64,000 nt of DNA from assembly GCA_051418015.1 (NCBI GenBank), contig JBPRGF010000023.1:192001-256000 (forward strand), in the 5' to 3' direction. The stretch comes from Candidatus Nitrospinota bacterium M3_3B_026 (lineage in GTDB: Bacteria > Nitrospinota_A > UBA7883 > JBPRGF01). Positions 19,812 through 28,614 of the stretch are shown here, piece by piece. Made by a program: the position numbers and the translations under genes. How positions within the stretch are numbered: position 1 is the stretch's first letter; each line of letters starts with the position of its first letter. The notes under the pieces are model-generated. The model had not been told where the DNA came from and ran no database searches. It saw nothing but the letters and a program-made list of their open reading frames with translations.

Positions 19812-19940
19812 TCAACCCACCTTCCATACTCCTACAAGATACTTCCAGTTGAGGAAGTAGAAGGCCACGAACGTAATGAAAAATATGATGATGATGGCGA
19901 ACGAGCCTTTCGGCCTGTGTTCGTCTCTCTCTTCAACCAT
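19812..19940 (-). CDS. 42-aa single-TM subunit, resembling subunit IIa of B-family heme-copper oxidases (not in ORF track)
   Basis: Hand translation MVEERDEHRPKGSFAIIIIFFITFVAFYFLNWKYLVGVWKVG*; SD GGAGGTG just upstream; immediately after subunit I. Confidence 0.75.
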   Translation of the reverse strand: MVEERDEHRPKGSFAIIIIFFITFVAFYFLNWKYLVGVWKVG

Positions 19941-19970
19941 GATGACACCTCCTATGCTAAAAAGGCCCTG

Positions 19971-21491
19971 TCAAGCCTCGATCTTTTTGCCGACTAGCAG
20001 CGTCCCGACGGCCACCAACACATACATGGCGCCGCCCAGCACCGCTATGACGCCGCCGATGCCCACGATCGCCATCGAAAGGTCCACGATGGGCCCGAAG
20101 TTGACGGCGAAGGGCGAATCCGCCCCGGTCATGTCCCAGCTTCTCCTGGGCACGCCGAACACCCCGGCGAACATCATGAAGATGCACAGCAGGTACATCC
20201 CTATGCCATAGACGTAGGGCTGGGCCTTGGCTATGCCCTTGAAGGCCACCTCGCGCCTGAATATGAGAGGCAGCACGTAGTAGGTCACGCCCATGAAGGC
20301 CATCGTCGTGCCCGCCACCACTGTGGCGTGGAAATGGCCGGGGACGCGGATGGTGTTGTGGACGACTATGTTCAGCTGCTCCGTGCCGTATATGACGCCG
20401 GAGATGCCTCCCAGGAAGCCGAAGCCCACCATCGAGAACCACAGCGAGGACCATCCCGGATCGCCCCACGGGGCCTTCTTGAGCCACTCGAAAAGACCGG
20501 CGGTGTAGCCCTTCTTCCTGAGCGCCACCTCCGTCGCCGCCGGCACGGAGAAGGCGTGGATCATCGAGGCCAGCACAGCAAGGTGCATGAAGTACCCCGT
20601 GTTCCACGACTTGTGCGCCGCCGAGAGGCCCGGGTCGACCAGCAGGTGGTGCTCCGAGGCTATCAGGATGAACAAGATGTAAAGGCCGAAAGCGATGCGG
20701 CTGACCTTCTCGTTGATCGGCGTGGAGCCGACCGTCAATGTCCCCAGAAGGTACCAGACAGCCACCATGGCGCAGACGTTTATCTGCTGCGACGAGTGGC
20801 CGAAGCCCCAGAACAGCAGCCTGTAGACCTCCGCGTCCATCATGGGGATGAGCCCCAGGGCCCACAGCCACGTGGGGATAAAAGTGGCCGCTCCATGCGC
20901 CAGGGTCAGTATGGCGATGATCGCCGCCGCCATGGCCCCGAAGGTCACAAGCGGGACGGAGCCTTCGTAGGTCTTGTCCCTCTTGGCCACCGCCAGCGTG
21001 GCGAAAAAGACCACGCAACCCACGATGGCGCCCACGGCGAAGAGTATCACGCCGAGGTAGTACCAATGGTCGGCCTTCAAGGGGATGTACGAGGTGAACA
21101 TCACGTCCGCCTTGCCGAGCAGTATCTCCACCGCCGCTATTGCGGCTCCGCCCAGCATCAGCAGATACGCCAGCCACCCGGCCCATGGCGCGGCCAGCCT
21201 GGTGTTCAGCAACACCGCGGACGCGAAGTAGAGCACAGCTATCTCGAAGAAGATGATCCACGCCACCAGCATGGCGATCCCGTGCAGGGTCAGCAGCCGG
21301 TAGAACCACTCGTCATTGAGTATGTGCACGGCCTGCCACCTGGTGAGGACCATGAACAGCCCGATTATCCCCCCCACGAGGAGGAACACGATCGAAGTCA
21401 CCGCGTTGACCTGTATCAGGGTCTGCGCGGGAAGGTGTATCTTGAAACCGGTTGTCGGACAGGTTCTGAACCGTCCTTCTTGCTCCGCCAT
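19971..21491 (-). CDS. Heme-copper oxidoreductase subunit I, eNOR-type nitric oxide reductase (B-family derived)
   Basis: Polytopic; LTLHG, FWGFGHSSQQINV (Gln at the His+4 Tyr position), SEHHLL, PGHFH, GVPRR; divergent from nirS. Confidence 0.82.
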   Translation of the reverse strand: MAEQEGRFRTCPTTGFKIHLPAQTLIQVNAVTSIVFLLVGGIIGLFMVLTRWQAVHILNDEWFYRLLTLHGIAMLVAWIIFFEIAVLYFASAVLLNTRLAAPWAGWLAYLLMLGGAAIAAVEILLGKADVMFTSYIPLKADHWYYLGVILFAVGAIVGCVVFFATLAVAKRDKTYEGSVPLVTFGAMAAAIIAILTLAHGAATFIPTWLWALGLIPMMDAEVYRLLFWGFGHSSQQINVCAMVAVWYLLGTLTVGSTPINEKVSRIAFGLYILFILIASEHHLLVDPGLSAAHKSWNTGYFMHLAVLASMIHAFSVPAATEVALRKKGYTAGLFEWLKKAPWGDPGWSSLWFSMVGFGFLGGISGVIYGTEQLNIVVHNTIRVPGHFHATVVAGTTMAFMGVTYYVLPLIFRREVAFKGIAKAQPYVYGIGMYLLCIFMMFAGVFGVPRRSWDMTGADSPFAVNFGPIVDLSMAIVGIGGVIAVLGGAMYVLVAVGTLLVGKKIEA

Positions 21492-21504
21492 AAGCCCCCC
21501 CTAC

Positions 21505-22032
21505 CTATTCAACGTATATCTTGCCGAACATCAGGTGATGCCCGATGCCGCAGAACTCGTTGCAGATTATGGTGTACTCCCCGGCTTTCGTCGGCGTGAT
21601 GGTCAGCACCGAGTCCCACCCGGGGACGGCCTGGAAGTTCATGTTCAAAGGATAGATCGAAAAACCGTGGTTCACGTCCACGGAGGACAGATGCAGCCTG
21701 TAGGTCTGGCCCGCCTTGAGCTTCAGGATGGGGTCCCACGACCACTGGGCGGCTCTCATGAAGGCGTCGCTGTTGGGAGGAGGCTCCACGACCGGGATTC
21801 CTTCCTCCTCGCCCACCTTGTACTTCTCTATGAACTTATCGGTCAGGTTGTAGAAATCGTCGGTGGTGAGCTTGTAGTACTCCTGCGGCGGGTTCTGCTC
21901 CCCGATTATATGCCAGGCCGGCATAATAAGTGTTATCAATATGCACCATATCAGCGCGATGGTGATCCATATCTTCTCCTCCGCATGGAGAGGACTGCGC
22001 CACCAGTGCCGCGCGGGCGAATGAATGCTCAT
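21505..22032 (-). CDS. Heme-copper oxidoreductase subunit II (CuA)
   Basis: Single TM; DVNHGF and CNEFCGIGHHLM CuA ligands. Confidence 0.92.
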   Translation of the reverse strand: MSIHSPARHWWRSPLHAEEKIWITIALIWCILITLIMPAWHIIGEQNPPQEYYKLTTDDFYNLTDKFIEKYKVGEEEGIPVVEPPPNSDAFMRAAQWSWDPILKLKAGQTYRLHLSSVDVNHGFSIYPLNMNFQAVPGWDSVLTITPTKAGEYTIICNEFCGIGHHLMFGKIYVE

Positions 22033-22054
22033 GTCTTCCCCCCTTATTTAGTTT

Positions 22055-22225
22055 TCACCCTTTGACCAAAGGAGACGTGGCGACGCTGCCCAACTCCACA
22101 AGTCCCCAGACGGTGTACAACAGCAGGAAAATCGCCGCCCCGAGGAAAAACAGCAGATACACGTCATCGAAAAACACCTGCCAGAAAGATACCGGCTCCT
22201 CTTCCCGCGCCTCTTCTTGTTCCAT
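22055..22225 (-). CDS. 56-aa single-TM protein, first gene of the eNOR-type operon
   Basis: MEQEEAREEEPVSFWQVFFDDVYLLFFLGAAIFLLLYTVWGLVELG...; G-rich SD before ATG 22225. Confidence 0.7.
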   Translation of the reverse strand: MEQEEAREEEPVSFWQVFFDDVYLLFFLGAAIFLLLYTVWGLVELGSVATSPLVKG

Positions 22226-22361
22226 ATGACTTCCCCCCTTTAATCTAAGGTTCGCCAAAGATGAGGATCACGCCTGTAGCGCCGGCTCCGTCGCCGGGTA
22301 CCGCGCCGCGCGCCGCGATCACGCTCAAACCGGCGCTCATGCGCCACGCTCTTACCGCGTT

Positions 22362-22404
22362 TTTATATCGGCAACCATCGGTAAAAGCTATGATAAAAGT
22401 CATA
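22362..22404 (-). promoter_or_regulatory. Crp/Fnr-type operator plus -10 for the eNOR-type operon
   Basis: Minus strand TATGACTTTTATCATA (22404-22389), N21, TATAAA (22367-22362). Confidence 0.7.
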
Positions 22405-22654
22405 AACAACAGACGCATTTCATTACCATCCGCGACGCTCTGGCTATATGCCTGCGGCGCCCCGTAAGCGCCGGGACGCTCTGGCGAACACCCTGGAAAA
22501 CCGTCGGCGCCAAGGAAAGCAAAACGCTTCGCCCGAAGAAAATAATTTCGCGCGGAGGGCGCAATTTTTTTCCAGGCCACCGCGGAATCTTCAGCAACCG
22601 CCGAGAATCCAAAAAGTTACATCATGAAAAATTCCGCAAGATACTTTTCAAATG

Positions 22655-22697
22655 TATGACTTTAATCATATCGTCCGGCCGGAGTCCCGTTTATAAA
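22655..22697 (+). promoter_or_regulatory. Crp/Fnr-type operator plus -10 for the nirS operon
   Basis: TATGACTTTAATCATA (22655-22670), N21, TATAAA (22692-22697); mirror image of the site at 22362-22404. Confidence 0.7.
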
Positions 22698-22739
22698 CGG
22701 TATTAAGCAGCGAATAAGACTTTTTTTTGGGGGGGACAC

Positions 22740-24344
22740 ATGAAAAGATATTTCTTTCTGTTCGCGCTGAGTCTTGCGTTAATCACCACGTTTTACACGC
22801 CACAAGCCCTGGCGGAGCCCGAAGCGCCACCGTTGAACCAGGATGAATGGCACATCGCCAAGAGCATCTACTTCAACAGGTGCGCCGGCTGCCACGGCAC
22901 CCTGAGGAAAGGCGCCACGGGGCCCAACCTCCTTCCGGAGAAGACCCTCGAATTCGGCACGGAGACCATCAGGAGCTTCATTATGGAGGGGACCGAGGGG
23001 GGCATGCCGGCCTTCGGCAGGGGCGGAATCCTGACGCCGGAGGAGGTCGACATCATGGCCAGGTTCGTCCAGCATGACCCCGTGGCCCCGCCGGAGATGT
23101 CGCTGGCGGACATGATGGAAAGCTGGAACCTTGTCGTGCCGCCGAACAAGAGGCCGAAAAAGCCGGCCCACAACAGGAACTGGCAGAACTTCTTCGGCGT
23201 GGTCCTGCGCGACGCTGGCCAGGTGGCCATCATCGACGGCGACACCAAGGAGAAGGTATCCACCGTCAACACAGGCTTCGCGGTGCACATCCTGCGCGCC
23301 TCGGCGTCGGGCCGGTATATCTTCTCAATCGGCCGCGACGGCAAGGCGACCATGATCGACACCTGGATGAAAAAGCCGTCCATCGTGGCCGAGGTCAAGA
23401 CCTGCTCCGAGGCCCGCTCCATCGACACCAGCAAATACGAAGGCTACGAGGACAAGTACGCCGTGGTGGGCTGCTACTGGCCGCCGCACTTCGTCGTCCT
23501 GAACGGCGCCACGCTGGAGCCGATGAAAATCGTCAGCACCAGAAGCTACACCTACGACTCGTATGAGTACCATCCCGAGCCCCGCGTGGCGGCGATCGTC
23601 TCCTCGCACTACAGCCCGGAGTGGGTCCTGAACGTCAAGGAGACGGGCTACGTCTGGCTGGTCGATTACTCCGATATCGAGAACATGAAGATCACCCAGA
23701 TCGAGTCTGAGCGCTTCCTTCACGACGGGGGCTGGGACGCCAAGCACCGCTACTTCATGGCGGCGGCGAACATGCGCGACACCATGGTTGTCATAGACAC
23801 CAAGACCAGGAAGAAGGTGGCGCAGTTCAAGGTCGGCACCAAGCCGCACCCGGGCCGCGGCGGAAACTGGGTCGACCCGAAATACGGCCCCGTCTCGGGC
23901 ACGGTGCACCTCGGCGAGGGACTGCTCTCGGTGTGGGGGTCCGACCCTGAGGGTCACCCGGAACACGCCTGGAAGGTCGTGAGAAGCATCGAGCTTCCCG
24001 GCGGCGCCGGCAGCCTGTTCATGAAGACCCACCCCAAGAGCAAACACATGTGGATGGACTTCACCCTGAACCCGGACCCGAAGAACCATCGCAGCGTATG
24101 CGTGATGGACATCAACAAGCCTAACACCAAGGACCTGAACTGTTTCCAGGTGACCGACCACGGACGCGTCGTGCACATGGAGTACAACAAGAAAGGGGAC
24201 GAGGTGTGGCTGAGCGTCTGGGACAAGGAGGGCGAGCTGGTCATCTACGACGACAGGACCCTGAAGGTCAAGAAGAGGATCAAGGGTCTTCGCACTCCCA
24301 CGGGCAAGTTCAACGTGTACAACACGCAGCACGACATCTACTGA
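22740..24344 (+). CDS. nirS: Cytochrome cd1 nitrite reductase
   Basis: Signal peptide, CAGCHGTLRKGATG, GFAVHI, YHPEPRVAAI, FLHDGGWD, PHPGRG, C-terminal TPTGKFNVYNT. Confidence 0.96.
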   Translation: MKRYFFLFALSLALITTFYTPQALAEPEAPPLNQDEWHIAKSIYFNRCAGCHGTLRKGATGPNLLPEKTLEFGTETIRSFIMEGTEGGMPAFGRGGILTPEEVDIMARFVQHDPVAPPEMSLADMMESWNLVVPPNKRPKKPAHNRNWQNFFGVVLRDAGQVAIIDGDTKEKVSTVNTGFAVHILRASASGRYIFSIGRDGKATMIDTWMKKPSIVAEVKTCSEARSIDTSKYEGYEDKYAVVGCYWPPHFVVLNGATLEPMKIVSTRSYTYDSYEYHPEPRVAAIVSSHYSPEWVLNVKETGYVWLVDYSDIENMKITQIESERFLHDGGWDAKHRYFMAAANMRDTMVVIDTKTRKKVAQFKVGTKPHPGRGGNWVDPKYGPVSGTVHLGEGLLSVWGSDPEGHPEHAWKVVRSIELPGGAGSLFMKTHPKSKHMWMDFTLNPDPKNHRSVCVMDINKPNTKDLNCFQVTDHGRVVHMEYNKKGDEVWLSVWDKEGELVIYDDRTLKVKKRIKGLRTPTGKFNVYNTQHDIY

Positions 24345-24370
24345 TGGCAAGCGCGCGGTAACACCGTTGA

Positions 24371-24407
24371 GGGCGCCCCGGCGCGGCGGCAAGCCCCCGG
24401 GGCGCCC
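24371..24407 (+). other. GC-rich stem-loop after nirS (mRNA stabiliser or weak terminator)
   Basis: GGGCGCCCCGG / CCGGGGCGCCC 11-bp stem with no U-tract. Confidence 0.5.
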
Positions 24408-24427
24408 CGAATTAAAAGAGGCGCATT

Positions 24428-26143
24428 ATGACCTCGCCATCCATGACGCGGATCGCGGCTCTCATCCTTGCGCCGGTGTTTATCTCCGGCCCCGGATCGG
24501 CCTTCGCCGAAACTTCCGCGAAGAACCTCTATGGGGAGCATTGCGCGAGCTGCCATCACCCGAAAAGGCTGGGGCTCACGGCCCCTCCCTTGATACCGGG
24601 TCTTTTTTCAAGAAGCGCCAAGGGCCGCCTGCCCCAAATAATCCGCGACGGGCTTCCGGCCACGCGGATGCCGGCTTTCGGCGGCGAGCTTTCTGATGAA
24701 CAGATAAAACTTCTGGCGGAACTCATACAAGAACCGGCGAAGGAGTTGGACTGGACTTTTGAGGACATACGGTCTAGCAAGATTGACATTGACGAGCCTG
24801 GAAAAGTTTTAAGAGCCGACATCGAGAATATAACGCTGGTCATGGAGCGCGGGACGCAGAGCCTCGTCGTTCTGGACGGCGCGGATTTCAGCGAGCTCGG
24901 CAGGTTCCACGTGGGCGCCGTCCACGGCGGGCCGAAGTTTTCGTATTCCCTGGATCGTGTGTACGCCCTTGCCAGGGACGGGATACTGACAAGCTATAAT
25001 CTGAGAGCCCTTTCCGCCGAGACCAGGCTCAAGGCGGGGATAAACTCCCGCTCCGTCGCCGTATCAAGCGGCGACAAAACGGTGGCCGTGGCCAATTACC
25101 TTCCGTCCAACGTCGTCCTTTTCGACAAAGACCTGGAGCCCGTCGGCGAGATACCACTGCCCGGAAAGGCGGGGGGGTTCTACTCGCTGCCGTCCCTGAA
25201 AAGCTTCGCCCTGTCGTTCAGGGAGATTCCGGAACTCTGGATAATCGGCGAGAGCCCGCCTTTCGAGATCGAAAAACGAAAGCTGCCCGAGGCTTTCCAG
25301 GATTTTTCGGTCAGTCCCGTCAAGCCTTACATAATCGGGACGAAACGGGGCGGCGATCATATGTACATCTACGACTACATGGAGGACAGGATACTCAAAA
25401 AGATCCCCACCAGCGGCCTGCCGCACCTGGCCTCGGCCGCGTTCTACATACACAAGGGCGAGCTTTTCGCCGGGGTCAACCACATAAAAAAGCCAGCGGC
25501 CACGATCATATCCCTCGACCGGCTCGACAAGGTGGCCGAGATACCCCTTCCCGGCGCGGGCTTTTTCGTCCGGACGCATCATGCCACGCCGTACCTGTGG
25601 ATAGATACCGAGACGGAGCGGATCGCCCTCGTGAACAAGGACGACTTCTCCGATATCCGCTACCTGACGCCCCACGAGGGGCGCAAGGCGATGCACGTGG
25701 AATTCACCAAGGAGGGCGCCCGCGCCCTGGTCACCATCCCGGGCAGGGGCGGCGAGGTGGTCATATACGACGCGAAGACCCTGGAAAAGATCAACGCCAT
25801 CCCCTTCGAACGGCCCGTCGGCAAGTACAACGCCACGAACAAGACGTACCCGGGCAGATCGCTCGCGGCGCGGAAGGCGGATGGGGCCAGCGCGGGCAAA
25901 CAGGTCTTCGACAAATACTGCATGGGGTGCCACCACCAGGTCTACGAGGCGTTCGGGCCATCCTTCACCCGGATAGCCAGGGAGAGGGGCGCGGCAAGGA
26001 TAAAGTTTCACATCCTGTCGCCCGAGGCCAGCGCAAAGACCCTGGGGTACAAGAGAAACTCCATGCCCAGGATAAAACTTTCGCCGGAGCAGCTGGAGGC
26101 GATAGTCAGATACATAAAAAGCTTCGGCCAGACGGGGGGATAA
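24428..26143 (+). CDS. nirN: NirN-like heme d1 biosynthesis protein with an extra C-terminal c-type cytochrome domain
   Basis: N-terminal CASCH..RLG..PPL, d1 beta-propeller (VHGGPKFS, PHL, GFFVRTH, HVEFT, PVGKYN), second CMGCH at the C-terminus. Confidence 0.8.
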   Translation: MTSPSMTRIAALILAPVFISGPGSAFAETSAKNLYGEHCASCHHPKRLGLTAPPLIPGLFSRSAKGRLPQIIRDGLPATRMPAFGGELSDEQIKLLAELIQEPAKELDWTFEDIRSSKIDIDEPGKVLRADIENITLVMERGTQSLVVLDGADFSELGRFHVGAVHGGPKFSYSLDRVYALARDGILTSYNLRALSAETRLKAGINSRSVAVSSGDKTVAVANYLPSNVVLFDKDLEPVGEIPLPGKAGGFYSLPSLKSFALSFREIPELWIIGESPPFEIEKRKLPEAFQDFSVSPVKPYIIGTKRGGDHMYIYDYMEDRILKKIPTSGLPHLASAAFYIHKGELFAGVNHIKKPAATIISLDRLDKVAEIPLPGAGFFVRTHHATPYLWIDTETERIALVNKDDFSDIRYLTPHEGRKAMHVEFTKEGARALVTIPGRGGEVVIYDAKTLEKINAIPFERPVGKYNATNKTYPGRSLAARKADGASAGKQVFDKYCMGCHHQVYEAFGPSFTRIARERGAARIKFHILSPEASAKTLGYKRNSMPRIKLSPEQLEAIVRYIKSFGQTGG

Positions 26144-26144
26144 G

Positions 26145-27314
26145 ATGTTCAGACTAAGCCATTATTACAACATAGCTGAAGGGCGCGCGGGCCGCGGCGG
26201 AAAGTCCCATGGCGCCAGATGCGGCGGGAAGCCGATCGTGATATGGAACCTCACGAGGACATGCAACCTCTCGTGCGTCCATTGCTACGCCTCGTCGAAG
26301 GCGCGCGGCTACAGCAGGGAGCTTTCCACGGAGCAGGCCGTCTCGGTCATGGACGGCCTTTACGCCGCCGGGGTGAGAACGGTCATCCTCTCCGGCGGCG
26401 AGCCGATGATCCGCGGGGATATCCTTAACCTTGCCGCAAGCGCTAAAGAAAAAGGCTTCATGACCTCCATCTCCACCAACGGCACACTTATAGGAGAGAA
26501 GGAGGCGGACAGGATAGCCGCCGCGGGGCTGGACTACGTCGGCGTGAGCCTGGACGGCATCGGCGAGACCCACGACCGCGTCCGGGGCGTCGAAGGCTCT
26601 TTCGAGCAGGCCGTGGCGGGGCTTTTCAGGCTGGCGGAGCGGGGGGTAAAATGCGGCGTGCGTTTCACGCTGACGAGGATGAACATGAACGACCTGCCGG
26701 CGATCTTCGAGTTCGCCGAGAAGAACGGGATAGGGAAAATATATTTATCACACCTCGTCTACTCCGGCAGGGGTGGCGTCAATCGGGGGGAGGACGTCAC
26801 CCCGGCTGAGACGAGGGAAGCGATGGATTACGTTTTCAGCAAGGCGCGGGAGTACACGCGGCGCGGGCGCGGGCCGCAGATCGTCACCGGGAACAACGAC
26901 GCCGACGCCGCGTACCTGCTCCTGCGTCTCATGGAGGGGAGCCCGGAGGGGGCCGAGCGGCTCCTGCCGGTGATGGAGAGGTTCGGCGGGGCCAACGCCG
27001 GGGTGGGGGTCGCGAACATAGACCCCACCGGTGAGGTCCACCCCGATCCTCTCATGTCCTCCGTGAACCTGGGGAACGTCACCGAAAAATCTTTCGGTGA
27101 GATATGGCATGACTCCGAAAACCCCGTCCTGAAAAGGCTCCGGGCGAGGCCCCGCGTCTTCAACGGCCGGTGCGGACGGTGCGCCTGGCTGAAGGTGTGC
27201 GGCGGCTCCTGCCGCGTCCGGGCTCTGCGGATGACGGGGGACATGTGGGGTCACGACCCCGCCTGCTACCTTACCGACGAGGAAACCCAGGTTGAGCTTG
27301 CGCAGGCTGTATAG
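26145..27314 (+). CDS. nirJ: Radical SAM/SPASM heme d1 biosynthesis protein
   Basis: MFRLS start, VIWNLTRTCNLSCVHCY, SGGEP, GNNDAD, CGRC...CGGSCR..DPACY; located between nirN and nirF. Confidence 0.88.
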   Translation: MFRLSHYYNIAEGRAGRGGKSHGARCGGKPIVIWNLTRTCNLSCVHCYASSKARGYSRELSTEQAVSVMDGLYAAGVRTVILSGGEPMIRGDILNLAASAKEKGFMTSISTNGTLIGEKEADRIAAAGLDYVGVSLDGIGETHDRVRGVEGSFEQAVAGLFRLAERGVKCGVRFTLTRMNMNDLPAIFEFAEKNGIGKIYLSHLVYSGRGGVNRGEDVTPAETREAMDYVFSKAREYTRRGRGPQIVTGNNDADAAYLLLRLMEGSPEGAERLLPVMERFGGANAGVGVANIDPTGEVHPDPLMSSVNLGNVTEKSFGEIWHDSENPVLKRLRARPRVFNGRCGRCAWLKVCGGSCRVRALRMTGDMWGHDPACYLTDEETQVELAQAV

Positions 27315-28464
27315 CGCTGTTATCCCGGCCGTTCTCGCGCTCGCGGCAGCAGCGGCGACAGCGGGCGAGTGGGGCACGGGGGCGCTCATGGTGGTCATCG
27401 AGCGCGAAAGCGGCTCCGTCCTGGTCATAGACTCCGCCCAGGACCACAAAGTCCTGGGCAGGATAGAGGGTCTCGGCGTACTGCATCACGCATCGGTCTC
27501 CTTCTCCCGCGGCGGGCGCTACGGCTACGTCGTCAGCCGCGACGGCTTTTTGAGCAAGATCGACCTTCTGAGGCTCGAAGTCACCGCCAGGGTGAAGGTG
27601 GGAGAGAGCGCCATCGGGCTGGCTGTCACGCAGGACGGGAAACATATCGCCATCAGCAATTACAAGCCGGGGAACATCGTCATCGTCTCCGATGAGACTT
27701 TTGAGATCGTAAAGACCATAGACGCCGACGAGTCGAAGACCGTCGGCCTCGTGGACGCCCCGGAGAACAGGCTGGTGGTCTCTTTAATGGACGCGAACGA
27801 GATATGGGTAATAGACGCGAACGATCCGGATTTCCCCGTCATCAAAAAGTTCAAGGACGTCGGCGAGAAGCCATACGACGGCCTGCTGACTCCCGACGGG
27901 CGGTATTACATCGCCGGGCTTTTCCATTCCCCGTGGGCGGCGATGGTGGACCTCTGGAGCATGGACGGGGTTGAAAAAATCCCGCTGCCCGTCCCGCCCG
28001 AAAAAAAGGACAAACCGCCGGTCCTGAAGATCCCCCACCTGGAGGGGTGGATCATGGCCGGGCAGGGCCTTTTCGCGCCGGTGATAGGCGGCTCCGGGCT
28101 GGCGCTGATCGACATGGAGACATGGAAGGTAAAGAAGGTGATAGACCTGCTGGCATACCCCGTCTTCGCCATGGCCCAGCCGGACATGAGGAGGATATGG
28201 ACCAACTACGTCCTGGGCGAACACCACGACACCGTGCAGGTCGTGGACGTGAAAACCCTCGAGGTGGTCAAAACCCTCAAACCCGGCGACAAAATTTTCC
28301 ACATGCAGTTCACGCCCAAGGGCGGCGCCGTCTACCTCTCCTCCAACGGCGACGACAAGGTCCTGATCTACGACACGAAGACTTTTGGGCTTGTCAGGGA
28401 GATATCAGCCAGAAAACCATCCGGGATATTCTCAAGCGCCCGCTCCGCCACCTTCGGGCTGTGA
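27292..28464 (+). CDS. nirF: Periplasmic heme d1 biosynthesis/insertion protein
   Basis: Signal peptide, GTGAL.VVIER, HASVSFS..GRYGYV.SRDG, PYDGL, KIPHLEGW, PSGIFS.ARS..FGL. Confidence 0.88.
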   Translation: MSLRRLYSAVIPAVLALAAAAATAGEWGTGALMVVIERESGSVLVIDSAQDHKVLGRIEGLGVLHHASVSFSRGGRYGYVVSRDGFLSKIDLLRLEVTARVKVGESAIGLAVTQDGKHIAISNYKPGNIVIVSDETFEIVKTIDADESKTVGLVDAPENRLVVSLMDANEIWVIDANDPDFPVIKKFKDVGEKPYDGLLTPDGRYYIAGLFHSPWAAMVDLWSMDGVEKIPLPVPPEKKDKPPVLKIPHLEGWIMAGQGLFAPVIGGSGLALIDMETWKVKKVIDLLAYPVFAMAQPDMRRIWTNYVLGEHHDTVQVVDVKTLEVVKTLKPGDKIFHMQFTPKGGAVYLSSNGDDKVLIYDTKTFGLVREISARKPSGIFSSARSATFGL

Positions 28465-28614
28465 TCCCTCCGAAACGCGCCGGCCGGGGAGCGGAGTGAC
28501 AAAAAACATGGCGGACTGGTCTCGGTAATGTAGAATATCTCGCATGTTTTTTCGGCTGTAACCCAGGGCGGGCCGCAGCGGCGCCTCCCGCATCATCCAG
28601 CGGCAGCATACGCA

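Noticed and set aside
19971..21491. Annotation as aa3, ba3 or cbb3 cytochrome c oxidase
   Set aside because: Lacks the helix VI cross-linking Tyr, has no cbb3 partner cytochromes, and is linked to nirS
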